Below are positions 1 to 3,655 of a stretch of 3,655 nt of DNA, piece by piece (the first letter of the stretch is position 1; each line of letters starts with the position of its first letter). Under the pieces are notes generated by a model, which saw only the letters and a program-made list of their open reading frames with translations, did no database searches and had not been told where the DNA came from. The DNA lies in the IMG/VR virus record IMGVR_UViG_2690316115_000028, positions 1 through 3,655 of that record; one strand, written 5' to 3'. This stretch comes from a virus (Duplodnaviria; Heunggongvirae; Uroviricota; Caudoviricetes). The position numbers and the translations under genes are program-made.

Positions 1-1074
1 TCATTTGTCGATTTCAATTTTGTCCCATTCCCGTCCACGGCTGTCTCTATACCGCGCCGCCATTGAATCTGATTTATGCCCGAGAAGACGTTGAGCAAAT
101 TTATCGCCAATCTGGTTCCGGTATAGCCTCGCTGACAGGCTACGCAGTTCATGGAATGTTGGCGGGTTTCCATCAAATGAGAGTCCAGATGCATTTCTCG
201 CCTTTGTAAAATACTTTGATACTGTTTTCGGGGAAAGAGGATCGTAATGCTTTGATGCGATTATAGTTTCACTGCTGCTGGCCTCCCTGCATTTCTGTAG
301 TGTATCAGCCAATGAGATATTGAGCGCGTCAATCGTTAGCGTTAGCGGAATGGCGAGTTTAGCCCCTGTTTTACTCTGTTCAATGTGAAGATGGTTGTCG
401 TTTATGTCTGACCATTTCATTCTGCACAAATCGCCGACTCTCTGCCCTGTAACGACGGCCAAATCCATCGCCAGCCTTAGCCAGATAGGGAGAGGTTCGG
501 CTGCATGGTAAATCTCGACATACTCATTAGCTGTCAGCCTTGAGCGCCTTACTTCTGACTTTGCTGTACGGGTTGCTGTTACCGGATTCGTTGCCACATG
601 CCCCTCGGCTATTGCTTCACGAAAAACGTCAACAAGGGTTGACCTGATTAATTTTGCGGAAGCTGCTTTACCTTCTGCTACGTAGGTGTTTAGCATTGCT
701 GCCACTTCTTTCGTTGATATGTCAGTGAGCGGTTTGTCCGGCAATTTTCTTCGGATTGCCCTGATTTTGCTGGCGTAGTCGAGTAGAGTTTTCGGCCTGA
801 TCCCCCTTTCGGTGAGGATTGTTTCATATCGGTCAAGCCACACATGAAGAGTGATTGCGTCACCGCCTTTAATTCTGTCTATTAGTGATTTGCGTCCGCT
901 GTCTGAGAGTAACTCAATATTGGCCTGTATTGCTTCAGTGATTGCTATCCTCCTGTCTCGGCCTAAACCAAACTCTTTACCCGTCCTTGGGTCCCTGTAG
1001 CAGTAATATCCATTGTTTCTTATATAAAGGTTAGGGGGTAAATCCCGGCGCTCATGACTTCGCCTTCTTCCCAT
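1..1074 (-). CDS. int: Tyrosine site-specific integrase, lambda Int family (357 aa)
   Basis: Full-length ORF. The N-terminal ~55 aa (MGRRRSHERRDLPPNLYIRNNGYYCYRDPRTGKEFGLGRDRRIAITEAIQANIEL) and the C-terminal catalytic region (HELRSLSARLY...LLGHKSD...YRD.RGREWDKIEI) match lambda Int as I recall it; the central region is diverged. ATG at 1074..1072 preceded by GAGGA about 6 nt upstream. Start overlaps the 3' end of xis by 23 nt, as in lambda. Confidence 0.95.
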   Translation of the reverse strand: MGRRRSHERRDLPPNLYIRNNGYYCYRDPRTGKEFGLGRDRRIAITEAIQANIELLSDSGRKSLIDRIKGGDAITLHVWLDRYETILTERGIRPKTLLDYASKIRAIRRKLPDKPLTDISTKEVAAMLNTYVAEGKAASAKLIRSTLVDVFREAIAEGHVATNPVTATRTAKSEVRRSRLTANEYVEIYHAAEPLPIWLRLAMDLAVVTGQRVGDLCRMKWSDINDNHLHIEQSKTGAKLAIPLTLTIDALNISLADTLQKCREASSSETIIASKHYDPLSPKTVSKYFTKARNASGLSFDGNPPTFHELRSLSARLYRNQIGDKFAQRLLGHKSDSMAARYRDSRGREWDKIEIDK

Positions 1075-1270
1075 TTCTGATCCTCTTCAAAAGGCTACCT
1101 GTTACTGGTCGATTTAAGTCAACCTTTACCGCTGATTCGTGGAACAGATACTCTCTTCCATCCTTAACCGGAGGAGGGAATATCCTGCATTCGCGCACCC
1201 ATCGACGAACTGTTTCAAGGCTTCTTGGGCGTCGCTGGCGTGCGTTCCACTCCTGAAGTGTCAAGTACAT
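1052..1270 (-). CDS. xis: Excisionase Xis (72 aa)
   Basis: The internal Met of the 85-aa track ORF gives MYLTLQEWNARQRRPRSLETVRRWVRECRIFPPPVKDGREYLFHESAVKVDLNRPVTG.LLKRIRNGKKAKS, near-identical to lambda Xis as recalled. ATG at 1270..1268; TGA stop at 1054..1052 inside int. Confidence 0.9.
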   Translation of the reverse strand: MYLTLQEWNARQRRPRSLETVRRWVRECRIFPPPVKDGREYLFHESAVKVDLNRPVTGSLLKRIRNGKKAKS

Positions 1271-1282
1271 CGCAAAGTCTCC

Positions 1283-1296
1283 GCAATTACACGCAA
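1283..1296 (-). promoter_or_regulatory. cII-type activator box TTGC-N6-TTGC at the expected position of the pI (int) promoter
   Basis: Minus strand reads TTGCGTGTAATTGC, 13-27 nt upstream of the xis ATG. In lambda, pI is cII-activated through TTGC-N6-TTGC flanking the -35 and initiates inside xis. Function not verified. Confidence 0.5.
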
Positions 1297-1318
1297 GAAA
1301 AAGCCGCATTGATGCGGC
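1295..1318 (-). terminator. Intrinsic terminator T1 (minus strand)
   Basis: Perfect 6-bp GC-rich stem GCCGCA/UGCGGC (1303..1308 pairs 1313..1318) with 4-nt loop, followed on the minus-strand RNA by UUUUUCUU. No U-tract on the plus strand. Lies between the 114-aa gene and xis. Confidence 0.55.
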
Positions 1319-1374
1319 GATGGTAGGTCTGGATATCTTGAGAAATGAACAGGCCTCATCGAGTGTGAGGCGGG

Positions 1375-1719
1375 TTAGTCCTTGCGTAGCTCGCTGATTC
1401 TTCTGTAAGTCTCTGGTGCTTTGTTCCCGTACGTCTTCATTTCAGACTTCAACAGAGCAACGAGTGAATCCCATTCGTTGAGGATTCCTTTGAATGCCGG
1501 AACGCGCTTTGCAACCTTGTCGAATGAATCTCTGATTTCTGGAATCTGCTCAACAAGTGCAACGCATCGTCGGAAATCGGCTGCGTCATGTGGAGCACCG
1601 AAGCTATGACCATAGATATTCTTTTTCAGTCCACATGCGATTGAGGCAAGAGTTGCGCTACTGATGCCTACATCGCCAGTCGATTGCCATTTCAAAACCT
1701 TCATAGCCAAATCTGACAT
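1375..1719 (-). CDS. Hypothetical protein, 114 aa, function unknown (candidate accessory/moron gene)
   Basis: Clean ORF co-oriented with the operon. ATG at 1719..1717 with GGAG (1730..1727) 7 nt upstream; TAA stop at 1377..1375. Protein-like composition (MSDLAMKVLKWQSTGDVGISSATLASIACGLKKNIYGHSFGAPHDAADFRRC...). The antisense ORF 1421..1609 is low-complexity. I recognise no family. Confidence 0.75.
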   Translation of the reverse strand: MSDLAMKVLKWQSTGDVGISSATLASIACGLKKNIYGHSFGAPHDAADFRRCVALVEQIPEIRDSFDKVAKRVPAFKGILNEWDSLVALLKSEMKTYGNKAPETYRRISELRKD

Positions 1720-1730
1720 TTCTTGTCTCC

Positions 1731-1757
1731 AATAAAAAAACCGCCATCAGGCGGCTT
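1731..1757 (-). terminator. Intrinsic terminator T2 (minus strand)
   Basis: Stem CCGCC/GGCGG (1741..1745 pairs 1750..1754), extendable by A-U and G-U pairs, loop UGAU, followed on the minus-strand RNA by a U7 run (complement of 1734..1740). Sits between the 55-codon gene and the 114-aa gene. Confidence 0.7.
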
Positions 1758-1914
1758 GGTGTTCTTTCAGTTCTTCAATTCGAATATTGGTTACGTCTGC
1801 ATGTGCTATCTGCGCCCACAGCACCCAGTGGTCATAGCAGTCGCTGATGTTCTCGGCTTCGATAACTCTGTTGAATGGTTCTCCATTCCATTCACCTGTG
1901 ACTCGGAAGTGCAT
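1747..1914 (-). CDS. Small hypothetical protein, 55 aa (resembles the unnamed 55-codon ORF next to xis in lambda)
   Basis: Not in the ORF track (below its length cutoff). My own translation of the minus strand: MHFRVTGEWNGEPFNRVIEAENISDCYDHWVLWAQIAHADVTNIRIEELKEHQAA. ATG at 1914..1912 with GGAG (1925..1922) upstream; TGA stop at 1749..1747 inside the T2 loop. Length matches the lambda 55-codon ORF; identity recalled, not verified. Confidence 0.6.
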   Translation of the reverse strand: MHFRVTGEWNGEPFNRVIEAENISDCYDHWVLWAQIAHADVTNIRIEELKEHQAA

Positions 1915-1922
1915 TTATCATC

Positions 1923-1950
1923 TCCATAAAACAAAACCCGCCGTAGCGAG
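1923..1950 (-). terminator. Candidate weak intrinsic terminator T3 (minus strand)
   Basis: Minus-strand RNA CUCGC-UACG-GCGGG (5-bp stem with one G-U; plus 1937..1950) followed by UUUUGUUUUAU, which runs into the RBS of the 55-codon gene. Short stem, so tentative. Confidence 0.35.
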
Positions 1951-1952
1951 TT

Positions 1953-1982
1953 CAGATAAAAGAAATCCCCGCGAGTGCGAGG
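1953..1982 (-). terminator. Candidate intrinsic terminator T4 (minus strand)
   Basis: Minus-strand RNA CCUCGC-ACUC-GCGGGG (6-bp stem with one G-U; plus 1967..1982) followed by AUUUCUUUUAU. About 50 nt downstream of the stop of the 80-aa gene. Confidence 0.4.
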
Positions 1983-2032
1983 ATTGTTATTCATTGCCGA
2001 TATTCACCTTTATCGCGAACACCTTTACCGGT

Positions 2033-2275
2033 TTATCTCCTTTGCATGGCGCGTAATTTTTTCAGATGGTTCTCCTGCTCTGTTTCAGCCAGAATTTGTC
2101 GGTATTCCTGGTGATCGATCCGTTCAAACAGTTCATTAAAATTGTTTATTTTTACCGACTGTGTTCGCCCATCCATTCTTCTGTACAACACAGTGTTGTT
2201 TATGCAGCGAAGAATTTTTATCGGGTAGCCGGCGCTATCGGTGTATATCTGACCACGTTGAATCAGAGCGAACAT
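2033..2275 (-). CDS. Small hypothetical protein, about 80 aa (98 aa if the TTG at 2329 is used)
   Basis: Track ORF 2033..2329 begins with TTG, and its flanking GGAG abuts that codon with no spacer. The first ATG (2275..2273) has GGGGA 7 nt upstream, giving MFALIQRGQIYTDSAGYPIKILRCINNTVLYRRMDGRTQSVKINNFNELFERIDHQEYRQILAETEQENHLKKLRAMQRR. TAA stop at 2035..2033. Start choice unresolved. Not recognised as lambda Ea8.5 (no Cys/His cluster). Confidence 0.55.
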   Translation of the reverse strand: MFALIQRGQIYTDSAGYPIKILRCINNTVLYRRMDGRTQSVKINNFNELFERIDHQEYRQILAETEQENHLKKLRAMQRR

Positions 2276-2349
2276 TCCTTTATCCCCAGCGGAAAAGCGA
2301 ATACAGAATAAATGCCACCGCGATTGCAACTCCTACAGCGGTGAATGCT

Positions 2350-3087
2350 TCAGGCCAATTCATCATTCACTCCCTGCGGCGGTTCTGGTAGCAGCATCCA
2401 GTACAAGGCGTTCCCTAACCACGATAAAGTGCCGTCGCTCAACTCCACGTATTCCTCTTGTACCTGTCCTGCCATATACTCACCGTGCTTTGAATAAATT
2501 AAAATCCAATCATCTTGAGCGGGCATTCGCTCACTACAGCTTATCCAACCATCCGGCAACTTGTAAGCCGTCGTTACAGGTTCGGCACCATGAAGCATGG
2601 CGGCGATGTTGTTTCTCTTGAGAAAGTTAATACTTTTCAAGGTATCTTCCTCAAGCGTCGAACCGGTGTAGCCATTGGAGCAAGTTTCAGCACGTTTATG
2701 ATGGTACCTTAATGCAGCAATGCATTTTCTTATCCCGTCACGGTATATTTCCTCTTCCTCCTCAAGCTCAGCACTGATTTCGACATCCATATCGTGAAGC
2801 ATTGCTCGCTGCACCTCAGTCAGGGGTACCGGCGCTGGCGGGACGGCGTAGACTTCAATAATCCCATTATCAATAGGCCATTCTCCATCCTTGAGGTAGT
2901 CACTTGTGCCGTCAACTTTCTGTTCTGCAATGTGGAATGCACCTATTGGTTTTGCTTCCAGCGATGCCAGAGCAATTCGTGCCAGTTCTTCCGCTTCTTC
3001 TGCTGGCAGTACAACGTTGCTACCAGGTCCGTATGTTTCGCGCCACTGCTTGATTGTCAGTAGTCGCTCTTTGGTAATAGTGGTCAT
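2350..3087 (-). CDS. Hypothetical phage protein, 245 aa, with a C-terminal region resembling DUF551
   Basis: Track ORF 2350..3249 is 299 aa, but the likely start is the internal ATG at 3087..3085 (MTTITKERLL...), preceded by the strong SD AAAGGAGAG (about 3100..3092) and lying 1 nt after the upstream TGA. The C-terminal segment (DGWISCSERMPAQDDWILIY...WMLLPEPP) resembles the DUF551 family found in enterobacterial prophages, from memory only. Acidic linker ELEEEEE mid-protein. Confidence 0.8.
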   Translation of the reverse strand: MTTITKERLLTIKQWRETYGPGSNVVLPAEEAEELARIALASLEAKPIGAFHIAEQKVDGTSDYLKDGEWPIDNGIIEVYAVPPAPVPLTEVQRAMLHDMDVEISAELEEEEEIYRDGIRKCIAALRYHHKRAETCSNGYTGSTLEEDTLKSINFLKRNNIAAMLHGAEPVTTAYKLPDGWISCSERMPAQDDWILIYSKHGEYMAGQVQEEYVELSDGTLSWLGNALYWMLLPEPPQGVNDELA

Positions 3088-3088
3088 A

Positions 3089-3655
3089 TCACTCTCCTTT
3101 GATGCAAATGCCAGCGGCGCGCTCGGCTTCACTTTGTTCCCAAAACCACTTGTGAAGCGCCATAAGCTTTTCGTCAATCGGTGCATATTTGCGATTAAAG
3201 TAGGCCTGAGCATCTTTCTCAGATTCGTCCGGTAATTCGCCAGGGCCAAACAGTGTGTTATAAATCCATGCTAGTCCGCTCTTAGCGTCGCCAGTTGCCT
3301 GCCATTCGATAATGGCAGCCTGCATGACCAGAATGTTTTTCCCCATTAATAGGTCCAGTTCTTTGAACCGGTTGCGGATGTATGCATTCTCGCTTTGTAA
3401 TTTTGCGTTGCGCTTTTCTGAGGCTTCAAGTAACGCCTGCTTATCGCGTAGCGCTTCTTCCAGTTCAGCAACATGGCATTCACTATCAATAAGGTTGTTC
3501 TCTGCTGCTTCAAGCTCAACACGCAGCTTCCCAACCGTAAGCGCAATCTCCTCGTTCTCCTGGTCGCGGCGTTTGATGTATTGCTGGTTTCTTTCCTGTT
3601 CATCCAGCAGTGCCAGCACGGTAGCCGGGTTAGCCTCTGCTATGAATTCAGCGTT
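3089..3655 (-). CDS. Ead/Ea22-like family protein, 5'-partial (continues beyond the window)
   Basis: Reading frame is open from the window edge (...NAEFIAEANPATV LALLDEQERNQQY...). The track's start at 3619 is a GTG inside the frame. Central heptad-like coiled-coil segment (LRVELEAAENNLIDSECHVAELEEALRDKQALLEASEKRNAKLQSENAYIRNRF) then a C-terminal globular region. Architecture and position (upstream of ea8.5/xis/int) match Ea22-like proteins. TGA stop at 3091..3089. Confidence 0.75.
   Translation of the reverse strand, partial: NAEFIAEANPATVLALLDEQERNQQYIKRRDQENEEIALTVGKLRVELEAAENNLIDSECHVAELEEALRDKQALLEASEKRNAKLQSENAYIRNRFKELDLLMGKNILVMQAAIIEWQATGDAKSGLAWIYNTLFGPGELPDESEKDAQAYFNRKYAPIDEKLMALHKWFWEQSEAERAAGICIKGE

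Noticed and set aside
1271-1309. Upstream extension of xis to the ATG at 1309 (85-aa ORF, MRLFLACNCGDFA...)
   Set aside because: The extension would start inside the T1 hairpin and span the cII box. The conserved Xis sequence begins at the Met at 1270 (MYLTLQEW...).
1353-1369. Hairpin CCTCA-N7-TGAGG just downstream of the 114-aa stop codon
   Set aside because: Short AT-containing stem with no U-tract on either strand. Not convincing as a terminator or regulatory structure.
1806-1994. Minus-strand 62-aa ORF (MNNNPRTRGDFFYLNSLRR...)
   Set aside because: It is out of frame with, and overlaps, the 55-codon gene and the T3/T4 hairpins. Its composition is poor. The 55-codon ORF with RBS is the better explanation of this region.
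2005-2027. Direct repeat CACCTTTA x2 (2005..2012 and 2020..2027) flanking the palindrome TCGCGA
   Set aside because: An 8-bp repeat this closely spaced is expected roughly once by chance in a 3.6-kb window, and I recognise no matching operator. Noted as a possible protein-binding site but not called.
2276-2349. Possible sigma70 promoter for the 80-aa gene (TTGCAA-like -35)
   Set aside because: No acceptable -10 hexamer at 16-18 bp spacing. Cannot be supported from sequence.
1421-3235. Plus-strand ORFs 1421..1609, 1723..1929, 1847..2056, 2066..2311, 2161..2391, 2515..2712, 2794..3063 and 2906..3235
   Set aside because: All lie antisense to better minus-strand genes, have low-complexity or Ser/Cys/Phe-rich translations, lack convincing RBS, and break the uniform operon orientation. 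Treated as shadow ORFs.
3088-3249. N-terminal 54-codon extension of the 299-aa track ORF (MALANYRTNLRKMLRPTLIANMHRL...)
   Set aside because: It overlaps the 3' end of the Ea22-like gene in another frame and reads as out-of-frame noise. The internal ATG at 3087 has a strong SD and sits 1 nt after the upstream stop, so the gene is called as 2350..3087.
3346-3603. Minus-strand 85-aa ORF inside the Ea22-like gene
   Set aside because: Alternate-frame ORF within a gene whose own frame gives a coherent coiled-coil protein. Arg/Thr/Ser-rich noise.
1-3655. CRISPR arrays, tRNA/rRNA genes, IS elements, att core sites
   Set aside because: No arrayed repeats, tRNA-like structures or transposase ORFs are visible. 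The att site is expected beyond position 1, immediately downstream of the int stop codon.

Overview
This window is the distal (int-proximal) end of the leftward early operon of a lambda-like prophage, with every supportable gene on the minus strand. Reading in the direction of transcription (high to low coordinates): a 5'-truncated Ea22-like coiled-coil gene (3089..3655), a translationally coupled 245-aa gene with a DUF551-like C-terminus (2350..3087), an ~80-aa small basic protein (2033..2275), two tandem terminator-like hairpins, a 55-codon gene (1747..1914), a strong intrinsic terminator, an unrecognised 114-aa gene (1375..1719), a second strong terminator overlapping a TTGC-N6-TTGC cII-type box (the pI promoter position), then xis (1052..1270) and int (1..1074), whose stop codon is the first three bases of the window. 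The attachment site should therefore lie just left of the window and is not visible. The most interesting element is the terminator-bracketed 114-aa gene, which I believe is absent from the corresponding position in lambda; it and the DUF551-like and 80-aa genes are accessory cargo of unknown function. I cannot assign a defined system from sequence alone. All homology statements rest on recalled reference sequences, not on any search. I found no tRNA, rRNA, CRISPR array or IS element.
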